Source: the human T2T-CHM13v2.0 reference genome, Homo sapiens
Assembly: GCF_009914755.1 (NCBI RefSeq)
Contig: NC_060930.1
Strand: one strand, 5' to 3'
DNA: 64,000 nucleotides
In this document: piece by piece, positions 42,561-54,178 of the stretch
Layout: every line of letters begins with the position of its first letter
How positions within the stretch are numbered: position 1 is the first letter of the stretch
Translations under genes and position numbers: made by a program
The notes under the pieces: model-generated
Seen by the model: only the letters and a program-made list of their open reading frames with translations
Databases searched by the model: none
Told to the model about the DNA's origin: nothing

Positions 42561-43076
42561 TGTGATGGATTAAAGAGAAACACAGATTTCTGTGACACTT
42601 ATCTCATTAAAAGGTAGAGTCTTTACCCTGTCCCTTGACTTGAGAAAGAGGGGCTGGTGACTGTTTGGAGTAATGGAACACAGTGGAAGTGATGCTGTGG
42701 CAGCTTCTTGGGTCATGCTTTAAGAGATTAGCAGGTTCTGTGTGCTGTATTACAGGAATTTTTGCTCTTAAAACTGAGCAACCATGCTGTCAGGAAGCCC
42801 AAGAAGCCCATGTGAGAGAAACTGAGGAGTCCCAAACCAACCATCTCAGCTAAGTCCCAGCCAACAGCTATCACCAACTTGCCACTTATGTGACTGAACA
42901 GTGAATTATTTAGCCCTACTCAAGCTACTTTGTCTGACATTCTGTGGAAAACAAATGCACTTCCCCTGTCATGCCCTGTGTAAATTGCAGATTTGTCAGT
43001 AAAACAAATGACTGCTGCTGTTTTAAACCATTAAGTTTTGGGGTAGTTTGACAGTCAGCAATGAATTACTAGAACA
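42561..43076 (+). mobile_element. MLT1 (F/G-like) solo LTR
   Basis: tgtgatggattaaaga...gaagtgatgctgtg...ccatgctgtcaggaagcccaag...ttttaaaccattaagttttgggg...agaaca. Confidence 0.8.
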
Positions 43077-43519
43077 TGATATTTAGTAAATGAATTACTA
43101 TGTTATTTCAGAGAGTACTATAACTCATCATACATATTTTATTTGCTTCAACTATAATTTTTATGATATAGTTTGAGGTGTCTTCACAACAAATATGCTC
43201 CAGAGGGAGGAAAAGAGGCTTCAGCTAGTTCAGGCTTCCTATGAGCACCTCCCTCATTTAACTCTTACAATGGATTGAATAATTCTTAAAATTTTTTATG
43301 GAGGAGCAGGATGAGACATGAAGCTTGTGGTAAGGTCTAATAGAAAAAAAAATCACAACAGAAAGGCTGGAGAAAAGTAATGACCTCTTCATCAGTATAC
43401 TATTTTTCTTTTGAAAATAGTTCATGGTTTGCTAGAGATACTTTGTAGAAATTGAGCATCTGAATATGAAACACCAGACAACCATATGACCTGAGATGTG
43501 TAACGTATGTTTCACTAGA

Positions 43520-45470
43520 TATTGTCTGATATACCCAAAAAACTTCTTTCAACATTTCCTTAAGTGAATGTCTTCTAAAGCCAAATTCTCTCAAGTTGTA
43601 TCTATCTTAAAATATCTCTATTTCACCTTAATTTTGGAAGAATGTTTTTATGGGGTACAGAATTGTAAATTGATAGTGTAATTCTTTCTTTCAGCTTTTT
43701 AAAGGTGTCATGCCATTGTCAGTTAACTTCCATTGTTTCTGTTGAGAAGTCTGTCATATTCTTCTTTTTCTTTTTCTTCTAAATGTAGTGTGTGTGTGTG
43801 TGTGTGTGTGTGTTATGTGTGCATATGCATGTGTGTGGTGGCTGCTTTTAAGATTTTCTTTTTATCTTCGTTTTCTTGAGGCTTGACTTTGTATTTATAT
43901 GGTTTGAGGCTCACTACATATTTGGTTTTGGATCTGTGGGTTGATAACTTCCATCAGTTTTTGATGTTTCTTAGCCAATGTCTCTTCAAATTATTTCTTT
44001 GGCACCATTTTATTTCTGTTCTACTTTTAGGAATACAATACACATATGTTGACCATTTGATACAGTGCCACAGACTGGGGATTGGTTGCTTTTCTCAGTT
44101 CCTAATTTTTTTTTCTTTTTTCATTTTAGTTTAGGTAATTCCAATTCACTTATCCTTTCTTTTGCTTTTTCTAGGCTGCTGTAAAACAAATCAAATAAAT
44201 TCTTCATTTATGTTATTGGGTTTCCAAATCCTAGGATTTTTCTTTGTTTTTATGTTCCCAGTACTCTACTAAAATGAAATCTGGCATCTGTTCCCACATG
44301 TGAACCATGTTTTCCATTAGTTTTTCTTAAAAAAATTTAACATTTTTATATCAGATTTTTTATTTGCTAATTCTAATATTGTGGTCACATTTGAGTCTAC
44401 TTCTATTGATTATTTATTGAATTGATTATGGGTCATATTACTCTGCTTGTTTTTATAACACACAATTTTTTATGCCAGAAATTGTGTGTAAAAGTACATA
44501 TCTATTATTTACTCAGGGAAAAGAAATGTCTGTTCTTGTGACTGGCTGCAAGTGATGAAGCTAAAGCAATCTGATGTATAATTGAGCTGGGTTTGAGGTT
44601 TGTTGTAGCTTTTGTTAGATCTGTTAATTCACCACGTTTCAAATGTTTTACAGGCAGCATAGGAACTAGTTTATCTGGGCACTGTATAATTCTGGAAATG
44701 TCTTTATGTTTTACATCCCAGTGACTATACTACCCACATTTGGGGATTCCTGTGGTGGTCTTTTGTCTCTTTAGCTCTGCTTCTGACTTTCTAAGCCTCA
44801 CAAAATCTCTTCATACTTTGCTGCTTTGCCCTTAGGTTTTGGCATGCTACTATCTTGCACTCAAGTAAGGCTCTGAATGACTTGTGGCTGATATTTCTCA
44901 GTTCAACTATTGTGCCTCCAGCTTTTGGTTTCTGTGTAATTGATCCACTTTAGAGGAAACATCTTTCTACCTTCTTTCCTTGTTCCCAGGCATTGGAGAA
45001 GCACTGTTGTGCACTCATTAAGGGCCTGAGGTGCAGGAAGCTCTCTCTGCCCTCTTCCTGTGCTCCTATTCTTCTGCAAGCTACTGCATGTGTTCAGTGA
45101 AGGCATTGTGAAATAAGACTGGCAGCTGGGTGTGTAAGTGCACTCTCACAGACCTCCTTGGAATCTCATACATCAGGCTAGCCACACACAGCTATTAAAT
45201 CTTTATTAAAATTTTGGCCAGCTTCTCCTTACCTCTGTCTATAGCGGGTTTGCTCTTTCTCCTTACATATCCACAGATTTTGGGTTCTTCTTTCATAGAA
45301 AGGGCTTTTCTCTTTCTGGAATTTAATTTATTTAGATTTTGTTTTTGTCTTTAGCAATCTAATGCAAAAAAAAAAAATCATACCTTTATAACTTCTCTGG
45401 CTTGTTTCCTTTGTTACTTTGTTAGGGTGAGAGCAGTGGTCTCTTGACTTTATGCATCCTAACCAGAAGC
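43520..45470 (-). mobile_element. Ancient L1M 5'/ORF1 region, antisense; includes (GT)n at 43788-43812
   Basis: aattctctc...tctatttcaccttaattttggaagaatg...tttctgttgagaagtc matches antisense ORF1. Confidence 0.6.
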
Positions 45471-45625
45471 TCTCATATCTTTATAATACATTACTTTCTT
45501 CCTTTAATTTTTCAGGGTTATTTTTGATGTTTGTAAACAATGCCAAATATTGATGTTATTCATCATGTGTTAATAAAGATGTGGAACTTAATCACAATCA
45601 CATAAATTGAATTATAAAAATTTTT

Positions 45626-45921
<296 letters not shown>

Positions 45922-47095
45922 TTAATTTCAGGAAACATTCAAATAATTGTTTTAGGCGTTACCATAACTAAGCAATATGAATATGACTGATGCCTCTTCC
46001 AGATCTTAAATCTTTTAATTCAAGTAAAATCCATTACTTTTGATTTGTTCTGAAGCAAATTTTTAAAAAATTACAACTGAAACACCCTTCTTCATAAATA
46101 CATGCAAATAATCTTTTTATATAGCTTCATACTTAGTAACCTTTTAATTTATTATATATTGGTATGTATTATATATAATATTTTATATACACACAAATAT
46201 TTATGCCTTCAGTCCTTTTTCTGTCTCTCTTCTAGAACTTCTACCATTTCCTAAATCTCTATGACTATAGAAAGACCAAAATAAGGCATGATGTTTAAGA
46301 GAGAGAGTGCATGCAAGAGAGAGCAGGCACAATATATTTAGTAATTTTATTTTCTTTTGTAAAATTGCTACTATTTCTTCCAAAGATCAATGAATATTCC
46401 ACAGAAGAGGTGCCATTACTTTAAGCTACCATGTATTGCTCTTGTGTATAGATACTTAATCCTCTATTGTGTCGATGGTTCTTGTTTATAAGGTTTGCTG
46501 CTCTCACATTAAAGGAAAACATGTAAATGTTATCAAAATACTTTTAATCTGTAGAGTAATTTCACTGATTGAAAGTGGCTAATTTGTGGCTATAACAGAA
46601 AAATCAACTGTGAACAAATAATATTTGTTCTGGTGCCTTTCTTTATGCAAGAAATACCAATTATTCTGGATTAAAGAGTTAGTCATAAAATAGTATTACA
46701 CAGTGGGTAGAAGAGTCCCATATATATATACACACATGTGCATGAACAAGAAACACATGTTCTGTTGGATAGTACAAATAAGGCTGGGCATCTTAGTTGT
46801 AATAATGTGACTCCAAATTTTTCTAATCAAAAGTGGAATGGATTGGTTAATGCTGGTCATGCTGAGCTCAATAGATCTATCTCATTTTCTTCATATATAA
46901 AATCTTATTCAATCATAGGTAAAATGGCAATACAAAATAACACAAGAGCTCTAATAAAGTCTATGCCATTCATTGCTTTTTGATATGAGCTGCTTTATAT
47001 TCTGATTATGTTGCTGCTATAAAATGAACAAAGAGTAACATGGAATTTGATAAAGACAAGAAAACTTTTATTAAACTTTTACAACAGTGAGATAA

Positions 47096-47121
47096 ATTAT
47101 TCATGCAATTGCATGAATAAT
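47096..47121. repeat. Perfect 26-bp palindrome ATTATTCATGCAATTGCATGAATAAT
   Basis: Self-reverse-complementary, no spacer. Confidence 0.97.
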
Positions 47122-48064
47122 GGTATCCATGCTGATTAAATCAGCTAAGAGGCAGCAAAATATTCACGTGCATGGCATGAGTTCCATTTTCAAATAGTTC
47201 TGAAATGAAAATGCAATATAAAACAACACAGTAGTTGGTCCACCAAAAATGGAAAGAAAAAAATGTGGAGTACAGTATTAATTCAAAAGGGGAGAGAAAA
47301 GTTTAAAGCACTTGCACTTCTGAAATCCACTAGCCAGAAGGAATGTTCAAAGACAGCAAAAATAATCCACAACTTCAAAGGAATTTAATGAAAGAGAAAT
47401 AGCAAAGATGACGAGGGTGCAAGAGGGACAGACCTAGGGCTTAGAGGAGGGAGAGAATGAGTATTTATCCAATGAACCATTCATAGCCTATTCTATCTGA
47501 GGCTTGAATAAAATAGGATTCTCTCCAAATTAAGCTGTTGGGCACATGCCAGCGTTTTGGGATGATCTGAGAAAGAAGCTGCTGCTGGTAACAAATGAGG
47601 TGTCTTCTACATCTCCCCTGCCACATGTTTTGAAATTTGTGACTATCACTTGTCCTTTCATCAAAATGTTCGCAAAAGGAAAGTGTCAGAGTTCATACTT
47701 CTCTTTCCACATCACTGAGCACATGAAATGGAGGAGAAAACCCTTGCCACCCACAGAATTCCAAAGAGCTGAGTGCATGCTGCAGAACACACTGGAAAAG
47801 TAGGAAGAGAGAAAAAATAGCTCATAAATGAGCCCAGTAGAGAAGGGGGGAGGAAAAAGAGGCACGGGGGGAAAGAGACTGACCAAAATGGTAAAATTCC
47901 TTACCAGTGATGATGCACAAATCCACTCTCAGAAGGCAGGGTGCTTTTCACTAGTGAGTGGTCCATCTGATTAGAGTGATTGACATATACATGTAGGGAG
48001 GACTGGAGACCCCTCGTGTCTGTGGGACTCCCTGTGAACCTTCAGCCTTACTGGCTGCTCGTGG

Positions 48065-48175
48065 CCCTGTCCATTATGATTGACTGGTTTGGCTGTCCTG
48101 ATTGGTCAGTGCCTGTACCCTGTCCATTCTGATTGGCTGGTTCAGCTGTCCTGATTGGTCGGAGCCTGTGCCCTG
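48065..48175. repeat. 53-bp tandem repeat (2.1 copies) carrying CCAAT boxes
   Basis: Units 48065-48117 and 48118-48170; ATTGG at 48101, 48132 and 48154. Confidence 0.88.
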
Positions 48176-48875
48176 CTACCTGTTCCTTAGAATAATTATC
48201 ACCTCTGTTCTTAGTCCAATCCGCTAAGAGAGCCCTGAAGCATTCTCTCACCACTCAGGGTACCTCTCCAGTTTCTCCCTGTGTTCCTCCTTCTGTGCTG
48301 CCATGTCCTCCTCCCTCCTCATTTGCCTTCTCTTCTGACTAGATGTTCATCTTTCTGGAGGCATCTGCCAGTCTCTGGGGTCTCTTAGTCCTCAGGAGTA
48401 AAGACAGAAAGGTAACCCAAGAACATGCACTTGAACTTTGTTGCTCCTTAGGAGAGACATAGTGTAATGTATACTTATTTTAGTCTTACCTTAACTTTCT
48501 TTTGAAAAAAGCCATCTGTTGTCACCCAAGTGCTTCTCATTTCTCTGGTTTCCAAGGCTCCCCTTTCTTTTGATAGTAACAGCCAGCTGAGTTCCCAACC
48601 TGCCTGACTGTAGGAATTCTAGGGCTGTTCCCCAACATTTCTGGGAATCCCTAGTGAGTGTCTAAATGCTGCATAAAGCTTCTCTGGCTTCCACTTGTCA
48701 CTTGCTACCAGGGACCACCACTCTAAGGCCACACCCCACCAATTATCTCATTACGCTTTTCTAAGCTGCAGCCACTATTCCTTTAGTTCCCAAACACAAA
48801 GATATCGTGTTTGACAAAGTAAATGAAGACTTGCAAGATATGATAGGGGATTTATAATACAGAAGGGAACACCAC

Positions 48876-49154
48876 TTTTAAAAAGTTTGTATAAATTTAA
48901 GGGGTGCACGTGCGATTTTGTTACCTTACTATATTGTGTAGTGGTGAACTCAGTGCTTTTAGTGTATCCACCACCAGAATAGTGTGCCTTGTATCCATTA
49001 AATAATTTCTCATCACCCACCCCCCCTTTCACCCTCCCCACCCTTCCTAGTCTCCCATGCCTATCATTCCACACTCTATGTCCACGTGTACACAGTATTT
49101 AACTCCCACTTAGAAGTTAGAACATGCAGTATTTGGCTTTCTGTTTCTGAGTTG
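48876..49154 (-). mobile_element. L1PB4/L1MA-type 3' end
   Basis: ttttagtgtatccaccacc...ctatcattccacactctatgtccacgtgtacac...ctcccactt...gaacatgcagtatttg. Confidence 0.85.
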
Positions 49155-49790
49155 GGAAAAAGAGTTTAACCTATCACTGTCAGAGTCTATATTATTTTTC
49201 AAAGGACCCCTTTGGTCTCTCCTTCTTGTCCCTGACAGTTGCCGTAGTGTGGCGCCCAACCATGGTCCATAGTTTCTTTCTTAGATTCTCTCCTCCTAAA
49301 ATATAGAGCCCCAACTCCCTATATCTGGGCCTATAAGAGGAAACATTATTGGATATTATAATGGTCCTAGAAGTGTCATTCTGTCCTCCAAGAAGCCAAC
49401 CATTGCTTGAAAAACAAAACAAAACAAAACCAGAACACAGAATGTATAAATTCCATTCAAAAGGATGGCATTTGAATGTTTCACCAGTCAGAACTTTCTC
49501 AAGGACTAAGTAAATTCATTACACATGCATGACTTAAAAAGGCCCTACAGAATGGTCTCTTTCTCACAAAGCAAGACTCTGCACAAAAGACAAATTTCAG
49601 CTCAACCCTTAGAGTCTCAGAAAGTTGGGAAATCTTTAGATCCAGTTTCAAGGACACCACCTCTTATACGTAATGGGTTTTTAAGTGATGCTACTGCTGA
49701 AGAGAAGATGAAAATAACTTCATTAAATAAAAAACTTATATCATAATGCTGAAACAGAATTATTTAAAGGCTAGTGATCCCTTTCTTCTT

Positions 49791-50089
<299 letters not shown>

Positions 50090-50254
50090 CATTTCTTCTT
50101 ATACACCAAACTCTACTGCCACTAGTGGTGACTCTGTTATGTAATGGTGCTGCCTCTAAGAAAGAAGAATGACCTTTCTCAAATTATGGAGCTGAAGTAG
50201 AATTTCCTTCTCTCATGTTATCATGTTGGATCTAGTGAGTGTGATAAAATTAAA

Positions 50255-50590
50255 TAATTAACAATATTTCTTCAGTCCTACATGTGCCAGGCATTGTGCT
50301 GGGAGTTCAGGATAAAAAGATAATAAAAGTGAATCACTATCTTTAAATTGCTTCCAGTCCAATAGGAGAAACAGACTTAGAGGTACATATTATCAGTAAC
50401 GAAATTGTTTATAGGGTACAATGAATGCATTGTCAGTTCTGGGAGGGAGGAACAGAGGAAGAAAGATCTTTATTGAGTAGTTCATGTTTGAGTCCTGTTA
50501 ATAAATGGTGCTTTCCAGGAAGACAATGTTAGGGGTGTTGGGGGTGCATTTTCAGATGTGTCTGCAAGTGAAGTGTGTGACAAAGCATGC
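50255..50590 (-). mobile_element. L2 3' fragment
   Basis: cctacatgtgccaggcattgtgctggg...ccagtccaataggagaaacagac. Confidence 0.65.
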
Positions 50591-51139
50591 ATGTGAACCC
50601 TTGCCTAATTTTATCGGACAACCTTCAACTTTCTCCACTTACTGGGACTCTCCCATTGTAACTTAATGTTTCTAACATAATATAACATGATAGGATTTGG
50701 AGATGATACCTTGTTAAAACCAAATAGAATCAGCTTTAGGGTTCAGAATGACACATTCCTGCAGCAGGTGAAGGGATTCCTCCTATTTTTCCGTCCCATA
50801 TCCCACTCTTTATTGTATTATACATGCTACTCTCTCTAAATGCTAATGATAAAAAATCAAATCTATGACCAAGGTGGGAGAAAATGAAGATTGGCTAATT
50901 ATGTCAGTGATAGATCTATATTTACTCAGAAAAGCCATGACTGAACTAAATTATGAGTCCTGTCTGTCAAACTGCACAATATAGAGTCAAGTTGCTGATT
51001 TCAGAATTTATAACATATACTGTTTTTCCATGTGAACTTATTCATAGAAGGGAAAATTTTTAAGATGCTATCCCAGTATAAATTTATAAATGCTCCACAG
51101 CTTGAAACATATTTCCACTATGTAAATAAAATTTATGAA

Positions 51140-51250
51140 GGATGTGATAATTATTATGCATTGCAAGTCTGTATCAAAACATCTCATGTACCCCATAAAT
51201 GTATACGCCTACTATGAACTTATAAAAATTAAAATTAAAAATTAAAAAAA
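51140..51250 (+). mobile_element. Short L1MA 3' tail
   Basis: gtatcaaaacatctcatgtaccccataaatgtatacgcctactatg followed by an A-rich tail. Confidence 0.8.
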
Positions 51251-51759
51251 TTATGAAGAATAAAAGCTAGGTGAAATGTGTCTAATATATTAAATTTCAA
51301 ATGTCCCTTGTCCTATGGTAGAGGTCTGTAGAAAATTCTAGAATTTGCATGGGCTGTATCCTTCACTGTATGTAAGTGTGCTAGTTTCTATTATACCTGT
51401 GATATTTTAATGAGAGATCCAGGTCTCATCAGTAAAGAAATGGGTTTTGGCTCACACCTTGACTATGTATAAACTGAACTTTCTTAGTGTCCATATCTCT
51501 GCAGTAAGTATATTTTTAGGTAGAAATAAACCTGCATCTAATTGTGATTAAGGTAAAAAGTTGTGGAAAGCAGTGAAGAAAGGTGTTGCTCCCTTTGCAA
51601 TTAACCAGTCACAATATATTCAGCAGCCTTTATGTGCTCAGTACTTTGCTAGGCTCTTCGAGAGATGAAAAGAAAAGTTGGTCAAATAGCAGGCCATTCT
51701 TTTACCCACATCCCTTTTCTGGGTTCCCATCTTTCAGTAAAAATCAAATGCTAAGGGGC

Positions 51760-52255
51760 ACTGCACAATTTGTGCTCTAACCCCTGTATCTCAATGTGAC
51801 CCCATTTCTTTCTGCTTTTCCTCTAGCTTAGGGCATTTTGGCCATACTGAACCCCTTACTTTCCTCGAACATGAGAACATTCTTCTGCTGTGGAGGGCTA
51901 CGATGCTGGTCTTTCCATCTCCAAGCTCTTTTCCCTGATATCCTCATGGCTTACCTCTTTGGGTCCTACCTCAAATGTCATCTTAGTAAAGGCTCCCCCA
52001 CACGGTATTTAAAATTTCAACATAGCACCCCACCCCCATTATTCTGCACTTCTTTCTTCATCCTCTGCTTCAAATTTCTTCATTGCCCTTATCACTATCT
52101 ATCATACTAAGTATTTTTTCTCTTTCGTTTATTGACTCTCCCTAGAATGTAGGACAAAGATCTTTTAACATTTGTTCCCACTGCTGCATGCCCAGAGCCT
52201 GGAACAGTATCTGGCACATCATAGGAGCTCAACGAATTGTTAATTCATTGGATAA
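51760..52255 (+). mobile_element. L2a 3' end
   Basis: ctcaaatgtcatc...ctccctagaatgtagg...cccagagcctggaacagtatctggcacat...aggagctcaa. Confidence 0.75.
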
Positions 52256-52278
52256 GTTTAGTTGCTGCTCTCAAGAAT

Positions 52279-52772
52279 TGTGGTGCAAGGCTTAAAATTG
52301 GGGCTCAATATTATGTGCTGCCTTGACCTCTGGTAAAATTGGTGGGATCTCAAAGGGTCTAAGCATTGTTCCCACTCTTGTTCCTGTGGATATCGTCCCC
52401 CTAGTCAAACAACCCTCCTTATCAAACAGTCTGGATGCATTTCCTGCTTATTTCTGACTAGTGGGTTCCAGTTGTGGAATTGTTCAAACAAATCACTCAT
52501 ATACTCTCATGGGAGTCAGGGGGCACCTCATCCTCTTGACAGTACAAAGCCTGCCTCCCACAATCCTTGTCATCCACTCTGTTCCTGAGCACAGGCTCCA
52601 TGTGACCCTGTTGGCATGGTGTCCCTCTCCCGTGGTCTGTGAGTACATATGACTAATACACTGCTGTTGATCTCTCTTGTCTAGTGTGAAGTATCATGTA
52701 TTTGGCCATTCCCATAACACTACAGAGAAATCCTTTCCTCACCAATGGAGTGAATAGGAGGCAATTTTAAAA
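52279..52772 (+). mobile_element. ERVL LTR (MER54/MER74-type)
   Basis: aaaattggggctcaatattatgtgctgccttgac...caaacaaccctccttatca...ggagtgaataggagg. Confidence 0.65.
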
Positions 52773-53223
52773 TGAGGAATTGCAACGTAGTGTGTGAGGC
52801 AAGATATATGCAGTAATCAAGAATAGAATTAGGAGTGTGCAAGCAAGTGGCAAATTATGTGATGCTAACTGAAAGTACCAAGGAAATTCAGAAATGTTTG
52901 CATACATAAATAATTTTAGTTTAGTAAACAAAATATTTAACGAAAAAAGTTTAAAGACTTTGAAATAGGAATAAAAAAGATTAGCAAGTGTTCTATTTAG
53001 TGCATTCTTCTGGGTTATCTCTGCCTTCCACTGTCTTTGGACTACTTTACAACTCAGAAAGTTGTAGAAAACTGGTAAAAATGCATATGACTCTTGTCCA
53101 TAGAAATAAAAATTAATTATATCTGCTAAAATGCAGTAGTCTATTGCCCTATGAACAGACCCACTTTGCATCTGTTTGTTATTTCACTTCAAAGTTCCTT
53201 ACTGTATATATATTTGTATGAAT

Positions 53224-53225
<2 letters not shown>

Positions 53226-53267
<42 letters not shown>
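53226..53267. repeat. Perfect (AT)21 microsatellite
   Basis: Direct inspection. Confidence 0.95.
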
Positions 53268-53270
<3 letters not shown>

Positions 53271-54056
53271 CTTGGGATTCTTCTTTGAACCAGTTGTAAC
53301 ATTTTCCTTATTAATTGATGAGTGAAATAAAGTTTGTGACACATGTTCATTTTATACTTTATAAGAGTCATTATTTTATCCTTTAAACAATCATCCTTTA
53401 ACCATGCCATTTCTACTAAAACATGAAAAATAGTGTCTTTTATCCTTATTCTTGTCATTAGCTAGAGAACACTTAACATTTTGAACAATATGATAAATTA
53501 TAATGAAATTAAGCATGGGACATTATGATTATGTCTACCTGAAAGCAAACATCTGGAGGAAACATGAACATTTCAGGCAGCCAAAATTCAGATGGCTGGA
53601 TCTCAGTAGATGAAACATCTGGATTTTGTGAATTGATTAATTTCCATCCGGCTTTTCTATTTTGGCTTCATTTAGACATAGCTTTTGTCCTGACCCCAAA
53701 CTTTTTCCTGGCACTATGCAAGCAGTATTCTCTGTTGTGTAGAAAGAATTTATATTTATTTTGTTTTCTACCTTTTTTCATGCCTCCACATGGCATACAA
53801 GATAATAGCCTCTATTTTTACTTAATTATTACTTAAAACTATTGTTTGAAGCCATCAATGAGGACAAAGGAAAATAAAGACTAGTTTGTATTTAGTGTAC
53901 CTGAGAAGTAATTTTATTCTGGTCTTTGGCCATGCAATTATAGGGAGACCGTTTCATTTATTTTTGTATAATTGTGTGGGTTCCCCTTACATGAGAACTA
54001 TTTCTGCTACATATTCCTCTATACATATACAAACAAAAAATGTATTTTGTATTTAG

Positions 54057-54178
54057 CGTCATGTTCCTGCAAAGAGAAAAATAAGGAAAAAATCTGCAAA
54101 ACATTGAAGACTCATGACCCACTTTAAAAACATAACTGGATACATCACATGAACTCAAGACCATGACTATGGAGGAAG
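54057..54178 (+). ncRNA. Candidate internal exon A of a spliced lncRNA/microprotein transcript
   Basis: Acceptor tgtattttgtatttAG|; donor AAG|GTAATG; 122 nt, A-rich, no recognisable repeat. Confidence 0.55.
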
